From Rhodothermales bacterium (GTDB lineage Bacteria > Bacteroidota > Rhodothermia > Rhodothermales > Bin80), in the NCBI GenBank assembly GCA_965220365.1, contig OZ244823.1:2725125-2789124 (forward strand): a stretch of DNA of 64,000 nt, given 5' to 3'. Shown one piece after another: positions 1-10,532 of this stretch; position 1 is the stretch's first letter; every line of letters begins with the position of its first letter. A model generated the notes under the pieces. That model did not search any database. It worked only from the letters and a program-made list of their open reading frames with translations, and was not told the DNA's origin. The translations under genes were made by a program, and so were the position numbers.

Positions 1-787
1 CAATTTCGGCAGAAAGGTTTGCTGTGTAGGAACCTGATAACTGTTCATTAAACAGCGCCCGGATGCCTGGATCTAATGGCCCCTCATTTGCTTTAAACCA
101 TGCGACTACTGCATCTTCACGTTCAAGGTCTGCCAGATTGATCCCATCAGACGGGCCCCTCTCTTCTATGATTTCATCAAAAAAATCATCCGGCTGTGTC
201 TCACGTACTACGAGATCATCACTATCGGATATCCCCGCATTATTCCGAGTTTGGAATTCTGGTTGATTATCTGGAGTTAATCCTGAGACCAAATTCGGTT
301 TCAGTGTCCATCTATCACCCTCACGGCTGGATTGTGGGAGCAGGTCTGCATTCAGGTCTGATGGCCGACTGTTGCCAAATCCACCTAAGTCACTGGAACT
401 AAAATCAAGGCCAATATCCAAATCCGCCTGAAACTCTAGCTGTTCTCCTGAACTAACATCTGACAAGGATACATCCTCTGACGTAACCTGGGAAAGTGAC
501 AAATCGCCAAAAGCAGCCAGTAATGCATCAACATCTCCTATTTGATCCTCTACCTCTGTTTGAACTTCGACGGGGATTTCAACCCCATCATCCTCCTCGT
601 CTTCAGTCGTTGTTTCCATCAGATAGGATTCCAGCATCAGAATGTCCAATGACCTGTCTACAGCATCACGGTTTGGGATGGGCACAAAACGAAAAGCAAC
701 GGCAAAAAAACCGACTATTACCACAAAGATACCAAAGGAGATTCTTCGGCCGGTATTGTCAAAATCCTCGGAAAATTGATTAGCCAT
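1..787 (-). CDS. membrane-anchored acidic protein, partial (C-terminus lies beyond window start); possible TonB-like partner of the adjacent ExbD-like gene
   Basis: Own minus-strand translation: ATG at 787-785, MANQFSEDFDNTGRRISFGIFVVIVGFFAVAFRF... This gives a short tail, one TM helix, then a long D/E/S-rich region. I checked every codon of this frame down to position 2 and found no stop (262 codons). It is absent from the supplied ORF track because it is open at the window edge. Confidence 0.5.
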   Translation of the reverse strand, partial: MANQFSEDFDNTGRRISFGIFVVIVGFFAVAFRFVPIPNRDAVDRSLDILMLESYLMETTTEDEEDDGVEIPVEVQTEVEDQIGDVDALLAAFGDLSLSQVTSEDVSLSDVSSGEQLEFQADLDIGLDFSSSDLGGFGNSRPSDLNADLLPQSSREGDRWTLKPNLVSGLTPDNQPEFQTRNNAGISDSDDLVVRETQPDDFFDEIIEERGPSDGINLADLEREDAVVAWFKANEGPLDPGIRALFNEQLSGSYTANLSAEI

Positions 788-800
788 GGCACACAGATCG

Positions 801-1193
801 TCAATTTGATACGGTACAGGTTAATCCGTCATAATAGCATAGGTCCAGAATAGAGACCATTACCTGCACAGTAGCCCTCCTGCCCTGTGGAGTGATTACA
901 AATACGGCCGTCTGCACCGTACTTGCTATCTCCCTCATACATTCGATGAGACTGTTGTAGCCCATCACATTGCATATGGTACTTTGACTGTCTTCCACAA
1001 TAAACTGGGAACTCCCGTTAAAGTACAAATTGTAAATCTTAGGCCCATTACCTACTTCTGTAGACTCAGCTTCTGGATCACCAGGAAGTGCCACATTTAG
1101 TCTGGGAGTCGTTTCTGTGAGAATCAAGAACCCTACTAACAGAACAAATGCAAGGTCAATAAAAATCAATAAATCACCACGATCCTCACCCAT
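801..1193 (-). CDS. ExbD/TolR-like biopolymer transport protein (tentative)
   Basis: 130 aa. An N-terminal TM segment DLLIFIDLAFVLLVGFLILTE is followed by LNVALPG and a small periplasmic domain, which is ExbD-like topology. The assignment is from pattern memory only. Same strand and tight spacing with neighbours. Confidence 0.35.
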   Translation of the reverse strand: MGEDRGDLLIFIDLAFVLLVGFLILTETTPRLNVALPGDPEAESTEVGNGPKIYNLYFNGSSQFIVEDSQSTICNVMGYNSLIECMREIASTVQTAVFVITPQGRRATVQVMVSILDLCYYDGLTCTVSN

Positions 1194-1199
1194 AACTCA

Positions 1200-1889
1200 T
1201 TAGTTGCACACTCGAGAAGAAACCTCTCCCCCTGCTGTGGAAGATTCTACAATAACACATCCATCAATATCCAAGAAGGTACGTATTTCTGGTTGTTTAT
1301 GGGCCATAATCAATAGAGATTCTGAATCAGGCGGCTCCACACACTGCGCAGCTTTGGGGGTAAACTTCCACGTATCCTCCTGATAGCCCCAGAAAGTGAT
1401 GCTTAGAATTTCATTTTGCTGTGAAATATACCCTTGGAATTCGCCCTCCGTATAATAGTTCTGTATTGACCCAAGCAACGCGCCAGCCAAGGCTTTTTTG
1501 GGGTTCGTTTCATTTTCGGCCTCTGCAACAATCACTTCGGTGAGTTCACGTGTTGTGTCCAGTGTATAGTCTGTGGCAAGGCCTTGTCTGTTGATTACAG
1601 AAGACAACCGCTCTGGCAAATAAGAACCCAACTGAAACTGTTCCTCCGCTGGATATAGGACTAACAAGTCATTTTTCCCAAAACCATCCCGCGTGACATC
1701 ATAAAAAATTCCGGAGGAAAAATTAGGATCTTCCGGGAAGATGAAAAATTCTTCTAGAAATGTACTTATAAATTCCACGTCTGAGAATTCCGCTACGGGT
1801 ATTACACGCTGAGTTACTTCGGCAGTTTGCCCATAAACTGGAAGAGCAAAAACTACCACCATCCAAAATACAAAACAGAAATTACGCAT
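1200..1889 (-). CDS. secreted hypothetical protein
   Basis: 229 aa with a signal peptide MRNFCFVFWMVVVFALPVYGQ. No domain recognised. It ends 6 nt upstream of the ExbD-like gene start. Confidence 0.5.
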   Translation of the reverse strand: MRNFCFVFWMVVVFALPVYGQTAEVTQRVIPVAEFSDVEFISTFLEEFFIFPEDPNFSSGIFYDVTRDGFGKNDLLVLYPAEEQFQLGSYLPERLSSVINRQGLATDYTLDTTRELTEVIVAEAENETNPKKALAGALLGSIQNYYTEGEFQGYISQQNEILSITFWGYQEDTWKFTPKAAQCVEPPDSESLLIMAHKQPEIRTFLDIDGCVIVESSTAGGEVSSRVCN

Positions 1890-2007
1890 TACAGAACCTG
1901 GACATATCTATAATAACATTACGTTGAACTCTGGGTGCACCTGATTTGTGCACAATCCCCGAGATCTTGAGCATAAAACGTAAAACAAGGTACCAGAAAG
2001 CATTGAT

Positions 2008-5000
2008 TCAGTCATTCGCCGGAATATACACATCGCTTGGTCTAATATGGCTGGGGTTTGAGGGAATAAACTGTAATGTAAGCCCACCTGAAGGGGCGGC
2101 AGTCCAATCAATACGGACTCGACTACGGGTATACACCAAAACCTCTGAACCTCCCAACTCATCCCCTGATTCATCCTTCACAACGACATCCCCATAAAAT
2201 GGTAAGGTATCCGTTTCAACCAGAATGACAGCCGTCTGATTCGTGCGCGATTCAATAGTCGCACGAAGCTGTTCTGGCCCTTGCCTTGGAATATAAACCC
2301 CTGGAGCCTGGAACGTAACGCGGGCAGGCTGTTCAGCTACAGGGGCCTGACTCTGATCAATGTATGCACGTGATGTGACTGTAAAATTAAAGAGTGCGGC
2401 ATAGCCACGATCCTCCATTTGTGCTAATTCCTGCTCGGGTACAATATAGCGCACTTGCTTGGTCTCCCCTGGCAACAACAAGAGTACATTTGGATGCACG
2501 GAAACTAAATCCGCCAGATTTCCCAATTCATCAGTCGCGGGAACAGAAAATGGATCCGTATCCCGAGTCTCGCGATACCCAAATTCAGTGGACACCTCCA
2601 CTTCCATTGAATGTACCGAAGGATTTGTCATCGTGAAAATTCCAGAAGGCGTATCTGGACTAAGTACTGCAACCTGTGGTTGAATGCCGATACTTTGATT
2701 CCATTGCAATGATTCCGTTGTCTCCGAAACCGGTTGCAGTGTAACCCCTCCCGGTCCCAAAACGATAACCTGTCGTTCCGCTTCCACGGTCAGGACTACC
2801 GGAATGGGATACAACTGGTCCAGTTCACCAATTGTCACTACCACTACAACTTCGCCTATATACTCGCCTGGTTCTGCTTTCTCAAGTTCAACGGTTCCCC
2901 CAATTCGTATCACATGGCAATCACCAGGCTGTAAGCTAGTCTGCACCGTTTGACTGGCTTGCGTGTTGGCGGAAAACTGGACGCAAGACTCGGAATATGC
3001 CCACTGAGGGATAAGTATCAATTCCCTGGACCGTCCTCCGCCCCGATCCTCTGACAAATCTTCATAACGCAAGGTGACTACCTGAAGTTGCTCAATCGAT
3101 ACGGTGACATTATCCTGTGCACGAATCATCATCCGCCCTGCATGTGCTCCGCCTCCCTCGTACACTAGACCAGATATCTGCTCTGTTGCTGGATCCAACC
3201 AAACCTTTCCTTGTGGGCCAACCACGCCAAGATCTAATTCTGACGCACTAACCGCAATCTCCCCCTGCGGACCTTCAGCAGGATTAATCACTGTCACAGA
3301 AACCATTGCTTCTACAGGTTCTGCAATATCCGTCTGAACCGAGACTCTATACATATACTCTTGGGAATATGCCCGCTGCTGAGAGGGGGTAGAAAACAGC
3401 GGGCTACCTGTATCCGTGTCTGAAAGAAGTGTAATTGGATCCCATTGCCATACGTAATCCAGTTCCAGATCCTGGTCATTGCCTACCTCACAGTGGATAC
3501 GTTGCGGGGGCATCCCTACATTCACAGTCAAATCCTGACAGCTCAGCGAGAGAATCGGCCGCTTACGCACGATGACTTCAACCCGTTCGGGATCAGATGC
3601 CTCGTAATGGGGGGGAGCTTCTATCCAAAGATCATAACTGTACGTTGTAGGGGCGGGGACGGTCACTGGGGTCTGAAAGATAATGGTCCCTTCTTCGTCT
3701 CTCAACCGATCTTCGCCCAGTGCCTGCCAATCCCAGTCCAGATCCGTATCAGCGGAAACGAGTCCCTGTACTGAGCAGTCAATGGGAACATCTGGATCCC
3801 CCTCATAGACTTCAATCGGACTGACACACTCCAGCCCTAGTTGCCCAAAAAACTTGTATACTGTCACGGTCACAGTTGCCGAAGCCTCTGGAAGATCTGG
3901 AAAATCTGGATTGTCATTATCCATTGCCGAGACAGTTACATCATAGACATAATCAAACTCTAATTCCTGCTGCTCTGCGGCGGTTGGAACCTCAAACAGT
4001 GGAGTCGCATCTATGTCTCCCAATAGTCGGATAGGTGGTGTCCGAGGTACCCAACTCCACTGATAATCCAACGGCAGCTCTTTGGAATTGCCAACCTCAC
4101 AGGAAAGCTCTATAGGTGGGTCTCCTGTACGCGCATTAGTGTTTTTACAGGAGACCATAATCTGAGGCGTACTCAATATCGAAACCTCAATTGGCGCCAC
4201 CGCTGTAGCATCAGTAGTTTGATCGGTAGCCGTCATCTTATATTCGTGGACTGTATCTCCATCTACCTTGTCTGGAATAATAATCTCAAATCTCCAAATA
4301 TTCCCTGACCGTCCCAGGGGGGTAATGTTAAATGGAGTATTCCCTTCGGCTGAATAATTCCAAACTAGTGCTGGTGATTCGTTTCCATCTGCCGTGCATG
4401 TGATTGTGATTGGTGGGGCACCCTCGTACACTTCGGAATGTGCGGGGTCACAGTCAATCGTAAACTCCATTGGTCCCGAGACATTTTGAATCCGCACCAT
4501 AAATTCGGTTTCCGCCACTTGCCCCGAATTGATGTCAAAGGCCCGTAAAATGACAGGAACCGATTGGTCGTGATCCACTTCCGGGACTAAGAAGGTCGGC
4601 CAGTAATCATATATCCCCCGCTGTACAAGGGGAGGATCCGAAATGAACTGATATTCAATATTCTGATTCGATGGCACTGAACACGGAAAGATCGCCTCCA
4701 CGGATTCTCGCACAACCAAGTCCTCACAAATCAAGATCGGATTATGATTAACAATATGCACCTCTATATTTTGTGAAACCTGCAAGTTTTTGCCCGGCAC
4801 GGATGCAATAATCTCAAGCATTCGAACCGCTGCCGGTTCATTAATGAGTGGCACACGAACAAAGTAATCAAATAATCCATCAGCAAGAACCCGCGTCTCG
4901 CTATAGGGGGGCCAATCGAATTCAGCTCTATATTCTAATTGTCCCCCGGATGGATGTAGTCCAGTGCACTGGATCTCGGCCATTGTACCACTCTCAACCG

Positions 5001-5493
5001 TGATTCGCGGCTCGCAATGCAAAAATGGTTTGGCATTTTCTATTGGCAGATCAGGAGAGTCCGGTGTCCAATAATTATCCAATAACAATGATTGCTCTGT
5101 CTTTTCCGGCGATGGGCAATCCTGCCCACCACCGTAATGACAAAGGAACCGGCTACCGGCCGGATTCACGGTGATCAATACTGATGCCTGAGTCACGACA
5201 ACTCCATTCTCGTCACGCCCCAGCCTACTATACTCAAAGTGTTGCACCGTGCCGACATTCGCGGGTGCGTTAAAATGAGGCGATGCTACCGCGATATCAC
5301 TCAAATACCTCAACCAAGATGGATTAGAACTTTCCCACTCATACGCAAGCATATCCGGCTCCAAATCACAGTCTATCATCTGGGATTCACCCGCGGACAC
5401 AGTCAAGACCGAGGGGCAGACATCCATCTGATTCTGCCCAAATGCAGACGCTAGAACGCATACACATGCAAGCATAGCTGAAACATAGCGCAT
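2008..5493 (-). CDS. very large secreted protein with repeated Cys-pair Ig/PKD-like modules
   Basis: The ORF is open to 5553, but MRYVSAMLACVCVLASAFGQ (start 5493) is a typical signal peptide. At least four ~90-aa modules share the pattern C..v..G....i.C.......Y.W......L.....P.F..P......Y.Y.V.V (e.g. SCKNTNARTGDPPIELSCEV..., SCQDLTVNVGMPPQRIHCEV...). Confidence 0.6.
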   Translation of the reverse strand: MRYVSAMLACVCVLASAFGQNQMDVCPSVLTVSAGESQMIDCDLEPDMLAYEWESSNPSWLRYLSDIAVASPHFNAPANVGTVQHFEYSRLGRDENGVVVTQASVLITVNPAGSRFLCHYGGGQDCPSPEKTEQSLLLDNYWTPDSPDLPIENAKPFLHCEPRITVESGTMAEIQCTGLHPSGGQLEYRAEFDWPPYSETRVLADGLFDYFVRVPLINEPAAVRMLEIIASVPGKNLQVSQNIEVHIVNHNPILICEDLVVRESVEAIFPCSVPSNQNIEYQFISDPPLVQRGIYDYWPTFLVPEVDHDQSVPVILRAFDINSGQVAETEFMVRIQNVSGPMEFTIDCDPAHSEVYEGAPPITITCTADGNESPALVWNYSAEGNTPFNITPLGRSGNIWRFEIIIPDKVDGDTVHEYKMTATDQTTDATAVAPIEVSILSTPQIMVSCKNTNARTGDPPIELSCEVGNSKELPLDYQWSWVPRTPPIRLLGDIDATPLFEVPTAAEQQELEFDYVYDVTVSAMDNDNPDFPDLPEASATVTVTVYKFFGQLGLECVSPIEVYEGDPDVPIDCSVQGLVSADTDLDWDWQALGEDRLRDEEGTIIFQTPVTVPAPTTYSYDLWIEAPPHYEASDPERVEVIVRKRPILSLSCQDLTVNVGMPPQRIHCEVGNDQDLELDYVWQWDPITLLSDTDTGSPLFSTPSQQRAYSQEYMYRVSVQTDIAEPVEAMVSVTVINPAEGPQGEIAVSASELDLGVVGPQGKVWLDPATEQISGLVYEGGGAHAGRMMIRAQDNVTVSIEQLQVVTLRYEDLSEDRGGGRSRELILIPQWAYSESCVQFSANTQASQTVQTSLQPGDCHVIRIGGTVELEKAEPGEYIGEVVVVVTIGELDQLYPIPVVLTVEAERQVIVLGPGGVTLQPVSETTESLQWNQSIGIQPQVAVLSPDTPSGIFTMTNPSVHSMEVEVSTEFGYRETRDTDPFSVPATDELGNLADLVSVHPNVLLLLPGETKQVRYIVPEQELAQMEDRGYAALFNFTVTSRAYIDQSQAPVAEQPARVTFQAPGVYIPRQGPEQLRATIESRTNQTAVILVETDTLPFYGDVVVKDESGDELGGSEVLVYTRSRVRIDWTAAPSGGLTLQFIPSNPSHIRPSDVYIPAND

Positions 5494-6013
5494 CCTACCA
5501 CAATCTTGAATTTCTTCGCGATTCAAAATAGCAATAATCGAAAATATTGTCAATGCCTTTATCGACTATATCCTGCCCCTCAATCCAGAGAGACATCCAC
5601 ATACCATGTCAACTACTGACCGTATTATCCGTTCACCAGACAAAGTCTGCCACATGAACGCGACATGCAATACCATAGAAAAATGGCGGCGACATAGTCA
5701 CCACTAGACTCTACCACCTACAAATACAAGATCAATTCTTGCAAAACTAATAATCCAGACTCAAAAAGTGCTTTTGGATGCCCTCAAGGCAATAAACCCT
5801 TAGGTATTGGGCGTTTTGCAAGAAGTTCAAGAGATTATTGAAAAATACAGTCTATCAGCAAATACCCGCTAGCAACATTGGATTCGAAAAAACTTTGAAC
5901 GGTACTTACTGAATTTGACAGCTATTTTCAGTCTGGCCTGGCGATCATTTTCCCAAGGTTACCCATCATTCTAAGCATCTAGGGTCCGTAATTGGAATCG
6001 AACATCTAATCTT

Positions 6014-6955
6014 ATGACGCTCATTGCAGGGATTGATATTGGAGGGACGCGAACCCGGTGTGCACTCGCTCAGAGGGGCAATCCTCAAGGAATCTGCTAC
6101 CGGGCCTCGGCTGCGACTCCGCAACAGGGACCTGAAGCTGTGCTGGACGTAGCGATTGGTTTAATTCGTGATGGACTTGAGAGCGACGATCAATTGAGTG
6201 CGGTTGGCTGCGTTGCACCGGGGATGACCGATCCAGAAGCTGGGATCGTACTCGAGGCTGCTAATCTGAATGGCTGGGTAAACGTTCCTTTACGCTTCAT
6301 TCTTGAGTCGAAAATAGGAACTCCGACGGTCATAGAGAATGACGTAAATGCAGCAGCGGTTGCAGAAGCCGCGCTGAGCCCCTCCCCGATAGGATCGCCG
6401 ATGGTCTATATGACCGTGAGTACCGGAATTGCCACTGGAATCCTTATCGGTGGAAAGGTGTTACGTGGCGCGAATCATTCCGCCGGAGAAATCGGCAAAA
6501 TGATTCCCTCGCCGGAATACCTCGGACAATCCTGGCAGCCTGGCGGATGCCTAGAACGCCTTGCAGGCGGGATTGGACTGGCTACCCAGTGGGCACACAT
6601 CCAAAGCGGCCCCCCAGACTCAACGCGTACTGTTGAAGTCTATCAGGCAGCGGACGCAGGAAATGCCGAAGCGAAAGAACTGGTCACTACAGCAACAAAC
6701 TACATCGCACAGTCCGCCGTAGGACTAGCTAGTGTTCTGGACCCCGCGATCATTATTTTGAGCGGAAGCATTGGGCTTGCCCGCTCGGAAATCATTAAAC
6801 AAATGCGTCAAGAATTGGCGCACGCGATTCCTTATCCCCCGCGTGTACGTTTATCCGCCTTAGGGGGTGATGCCCCTTTATTAGGTGCCTTGGTTTTGGC
6901 CGATTTCTTGGTGGATGGCTCTTCTGGCTTCGCTGGCTTCTCTTTAGGTTTATGA
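6014..6955 (+). CDS. ROK-family sugar kinase (glucokinase-like)
   Basis: 313 aa. Motifs: N-terminal GIDIGGTRTRCAL, ENDVNAAAVAEA, C-terminal LGGDAPLLGALVLA. Confidence 0.8.
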   Translation: MTLIAGIDIGGTRTRCALAQRGNPQGICYRASAATPQQGPEAVLDVAIGLIRDGLESDDQLSAVGCVAPGMTDPEAGIVLEAANLNGWVNVPLRFILESKIGTPTVIENDVNAAAVAEAALSPSPIGSPMVYMTVSTGIATGILIGGKVLRGANHSAGEIGKMIPSPEYLGQSWQPGGCLERLAGGIGLATQWAHIQSGPPDSTRTVEVYQAADAGNAEAKELVTTATNYIAQSAVGLASVLDPAIIILSGSIGLARSEIIKQMRQELAHAIPYPPRVRLSALGGDAPLLGALVLADFLVDGSSGFAGFSLGL

Positions 6956-7248
6956 TCTGGACTCAATCTGCCATCATAGCTGCCATCTAGTGCCATACCC
7001 AGTGCACCCAAAATCTGGTCACTATCTAGGCCTGTAATCTTCGCGTACGATCTGACCAAGGAATACAGATAGACTTTATTGAATCTGGTATTCCGGTGGA
7101 GACAATTAATCTCGAACTCTTCCAGCACAGTCTTGATGACTTTGGTTTCTGCACAAATGGCGTCTAGTGAAACACCTTTCTGCTTCCTGAGAGTACGTAG
7201 ATCCTCCGCATACTTGCGCTTTGCCTGTTCAAGCTTACTATTTGACAT
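6832..7248 (-). CDS. helix-turn-helix (RodZ/Xre-like) protein with Lys/Pro-rich tail
   Basis: 138 aa. LRTLRKQKGVSLDAICAETKVIKTVLEEFE looks like an HTH. The low-complexity K/P/E tail overlaps the 3' end of the convergent ROK gene by 124 nt. Confidence 0.5.
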   Translation of the reverse strand: MSNSKLEQAKRKYAEDLRTLRKQKGVSLDAICAETKVIKTVLEEFEINCLHRNTRFNKVYLYSLVRSYAKITGLDSDQILGALGMALDGSYDGRLSPDHKPKEKPAKPEEPSTKKSAKTKAPNKGASPPKADKRTRGG

Positions 7249-7565
7249 CTACTGAAGCTTATACCATGTTGTGGAGTAAATCACCTAATTGCCTGAAAGA
7301 AAACGATCCAACAAAACCATCCATGCTCAGAGACAAAAAACATCACCAACTAGAAACAGCAACTGGATCGCGGATACTACGGACTGAGATTGTAAATACA
7401 CGTTGTCTCAGCCCAATCGTGCCCGGCGGAAAATAACTAAAAAATGCCTTGAAACGCTTCTGTTTGAAGTTTTCTCCCGACAGACCCCAACTAACCCGCA
7501 CCGAATGCCGGTTTAGGATAACTTCACTATGAGCATATAGTCAGAAAACCTATACTATCTATCCG

Positions 7566-7639
7566 TCGGGACGGCGAGATTTGAACTCACGACCCCTTCA
7601 ACCCCATTGAAGTGCGCTACCTAGCTGCGCTACGTCCCG
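7566..7639 (-). tRNA. tRNA-Pro (anticodon GGG)
   Basis: The reverse complement folds as a cloverleaf. Acceptor CGGGACG/CGTCCCG; D arm GCGC-AGCTAGGTA-GCGC; anticodon arm CTTCA-ATGGGGT-TGAAG; variable GGGTC; T arm GTGAG-TTCAAAT-CTCGC; discriminator A. 74 nt, CCA not encoded. Confidence 0.95.
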
Positions 7640-7649
7640 GATCCGATGG

Positions 7650-7976
7650 TTACGCCAATTGACGACTGATGTTCTCCAGAAATAAGCGCAATCTCAGTAA
7701 TTCATCTCGTTCTGCTTTCCGATCAGCGGACCTTTCACGCTCATCTTTCAGAGCCTGCCGTGCACCCTCAAGTGTATACTTCCTCACACGAAGCAAATCA
7801 TAGATTTGATGCACCCATTTTAGATCATCTTCTGTGTAGATCCGTCGGCCAGAACTGTTTTTCCGTGGTCTGAGCTGAGGGAATTCGCTTTCCCAATAGC
7901 GGAGCACATACGCCTCTACACCAATTTTTTTGCTCACTTCCCCAATTGAGTAATAAAGCTTCGGAGTCTTTTTCAT
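7650..7976 (-). CDS. MerR-family transcriptional regulator
   Basis: YSIGEVSKKIGVEAYVLRYWESEFPQLRPRKNSSGRRIYTEDDL is a classic MerR HTH. The ORF is open to 8066, but MKKTPKLYYSIGEV (start 7976) fits family length. Confidence 0.8.
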   Translation of the reverse strand: MKKTPKLYYSIGEVSKKIGVEAYVLRYWESEFPQLRPRKNSSGRRIYTEDDLKWVHQIYDLLRVRKYTLEGARQALKDERERSADRKAERDELLRLRLFLENISRQLA

Positions 7977-8066
7977 TAGATCGCCAAGTTTCCTGAATTT
8001 ACAAAACGAAACGGTAACAGCGAGCAAACACGAATATCCATAGGCATGGACTATCCTATTCCGCAA

Positions 8067-8975
8067 TCATGTATCCACATCCTGAGTCAATTCAACCAAT
8101 AATTCATTAGCAGTCCGTTCAATCCATGTGCTCACATTTGAATTTGGCAATAATCCTGCACCATTGGATTCATAAGACAGCCCATCTAGAACTTCTGCGT
8201 ACGGTCCAAACCCAAATAACCTGAAAGGAAGCACAATCACACTGCCATCACCTTCTGAATGCTCTTCCACGAATCTACGAATGTCCGCCTCAGATTTAGA
8301 CCGTTTTTCTTTCCAATCTTCTCTCAGACTGTGAACCGCAACGCTGCGGAAGATGCCGGTTTCCCGAACTGTGTCCGACAACCGATCCAGCTTTAGAAGC
8401 CACTCGTCATTCACTGCATTATCTCCCGCTCCGTGTGCAATAATTAGGACTGACTCATTGCCAGAGCTATCGCTGAGTGCCAGAGCATTCATAGCCAAGA
8501 CCTCCCCCATCTCGGGAGCATCCAGTAAAGCCGTTTGACTGATCACGATTTTACCTTGAAATTCCACCGGAGTTGGCGACTCATGGTGATGCTGAGGTCC
8601 ATGATGAGATATAAAGAAAGGGGGCGGATCTTCTCTTAATCCCAGAAGATACTCCGTCTGATGAAGAAACGAATGTGCAGACATAAACAATCGTACGACA
8701 GCAATGCAATCAACATTCTGCTCTTCCAATTCGGCGATTGCCGCTTTCATGGTTTCTGGATTCGCCATCCCAAAAGCTATGGAAGTGGGGATCTTTTCGC
8801 GGACTGGCGCAACTGCATTCTCAACTGCTGCATTCCACTGCTCTGCCCCACCATGCGCCATCACCATCAGGCCGCAAGAATTGGGGCTTTGTGCACTACT
8901 CGTAGTGGCACTCAATAACAACAGAGTAGCAAAAAGTGTAGTTCTCATTTTGAGTTTGATCATGTTTTCTGGCAA
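8067..8975 (-). CDS. secreted CbiX/SirB-like (chelatase-fold) protein, two-domain
   Basis: 302 aa with signal peptide ...LLLLSATTSSAQ. Two halves each start with a VMAHGG / LIIAHGAG motif reminiscent of the CbiX family. Tentative. Confidence 0.45.
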   Translation of the reverse strand: MPENMIKLKMRTTLFATLLLLSATTSSAQSPNSCGLMVMAHGGAEQWNAAVENAVAPVREKIPTSIAFGMANPETMKAAIAELEEQNVDCIAVVRLFMSAHSFLHQTEYLLGLREDPPPFFISHHGPQHHHESPTPVEFQGKIVISQTALLDAPEMGEVLAMNALALSDSSGNESVLIIAHGAGDNAVNDEWLLKLDRLSDTVRETGIFRSVAVHSLREDWKEKRSKSEADIRRFVEEHSEGDGSVIVLPFRLFGFGPYAEVLDGLSYESNGAGLLPNSNVSTWIERTANELLVELTQDVDT

Positions 8976-9158
8976 TGAATAAAAGTCTAGGAAATCTCCT
9001 GGACCACTGCTTCAACAGCCTGATGATAATTTAGATTCAGTCTAAATCTAAATTACTTCAAGCTGCACAATGAGCTGCCTTCGAAACATGATTTTGTTGG
9101 AAAATCGGATCCGGCAACACACAGATCTACCCTCAGGCAGAGCCCGGGCATGGGCCGG

Positions 9159-9677
9159 TTAAAATACAGAGGAGAAGCGGTCGATTAGCTCCGTGAGCTC
9201 GGGGAATTTTTGGGTTGCCAAATTCCATGTCTGTGGAAAAAATTGATATACAACCTCGTAGAGTGCAGATGAACTGCGAAGCTCACTCGGGGGGAGATTC
9301 ACCGTGGCCAGAGCATAGAGTAGCAGGCTAAATGCCAAGCCCGAGGTGATCAGTCCCAAGGCTCCTCCGAAAATCCGATTCAAGCCACCGATCACCACAG
9401 TTTTTTTGACCACTTTGTCGAGGAAACGGGAAACGATCATGGCGCACAAGTGAACGCCCAGGAACACCACCCCAAAGCCAACAAGAGAAGAATACGTTGC
9501 AGAAACTCCTAGCTGATTTTCAAACCAGTCCCCTACACCTTCCATGTAGAAAAAGCCGATCAAAAATGATGCAATAAAACTGACCAATCCGAAAAGCTGG
9601 AGTATGAGTCCACGACGAAACCCTATCAGAGAACCGGCCCCCAGAACTACAATAATCAATATGTCGAGCCAATTCAT
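9159..9677 (-). CDS. cvpA: CvpA-family membrane protein
   Basis: 172 aa. MNWLDILIIVVLGAGSLIGFRRGLILQLFGLVSFIASF... is the typical CvpA N-terminus with four TM segments. Confidence 0.7.
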   Translation of the reverse strand: MNWLDILIIVVLGAGSLIGFRRGLILQLFGLVSFIASFLIGFFYMEGVGDWFENQLGVSATYSSLVGFGVVFLGVHLCAMIVSRFLDKVVKKTVVIGGLNRIFGGALGLITSGLAFSLLLYALATVNLPPSELRSSSALYEVVYQFFPQTWNLATQKFPELTELIDRFSSVF

Positions 9678-9740
9678 CTTACCGTACTACAATAGCAGAC
9701 TCTACGGAATACTTCCATGAAAGTTGGAGGGATACACTTT

Positions 9741-10532
9741 TCATTTGAGAACGAAGCGAACCGCCAAGGTAACAAACCCAGCCTGCATGACCCCTAGTGC
9801 AACTCCAGAATAATCATCCAGTCTAGCTACACGTGGACGCAGAGATGCATCTCCTGTCATGAGGTACTCGTCATTGATCCGGTCTGCACGGAACTTATAA
9901 TGTACCGCCACGACACCCGCTGCCATCGCTACAGCTGCTGTGCCCCAATCAATCCAGTTTCTTCGCTGCCTCATCGAAGGGCTCAGCCCTGACCGCTCAT
10001 TTACCTGAGCAAGTGCCTTCAATGAAATCTCGTAGCGATTCCATAAATCTGTTTTTGGTTTCACTACGCTAGAAGTATATCCTTCCAGTTCAATATGAAA
10101 CATACCGTTAACGGTCCCCGAAGAGGTAAACACAACGGGGGTTAACCCAAGAAGCCTGCGCCTTGTACCTTCCTGCAACCAGGCTTCCGCTCCGAAGGGA
10201 TAAGATTCGATTCGATGATAATTTGGGAAAGTCAGTGTGACGCGTACGCTATCTCCCGGCTCAGCCCTTAGAGGTACTTGGATCGGCGGCATACTCCACG
10301 CCGCAGCGCGGAGTGTTGAAAGACGAATGGTTCTGGTCGTAGGATCAACCCAGTATGGGCTTCCGCTGGCGGGTCCTAAGTATAATGAATCCGCATACGC
10401 TGCTGCATCCATATCATTACTTAGAATATGGACAAGGATCTGGGATTGCGCCATGCTGATGCATGGAAGAAAGGTGAAAAGAAATCCACACCATATCCCT
10501 ATGAATCGGCGATCACAGGTCAACATCTGCAT
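9741..10532 (-). CDS. hypothetical secreted/membrane protein
   Basis: 263 aa with an N-terminal signal-like segment and two C-terminal hydrophobic segments. No confident family. Confidence 0.45.
   Translation of the reverse strand: MQMLTCDRRFIGIWCGFLFTFLPCISMAQSQILVHILSNDMDAAAYADSLYLGPASGSPYWVDPTTRTIRLSTLRAAAWSMPPIQVPLRAEPGDSVRVTLTFPNYHRIESYPFGAEAWLQEGTRRRLLGLTPVVFTSSGTVNGMFHIELEGYTSSVVKPKTDLWNRYEISLKALAQVNERSGLSPSMRQRRNWIDWGTAAVAMAAGVVAVHYKFRADRINDEYLMTGDASLRPRVARLDDYSGVALGVMQAGFVTLAVRFVLK

Noticed and set aside
7566-7639. tRNA-Pro, and also tRNA-Gly at 44022-44094, as integration sites of genomic islands.
   Set aside because: There is no integrase, no direct repeat of the tRNA 3' end and no accessory genes beside either tRNA.
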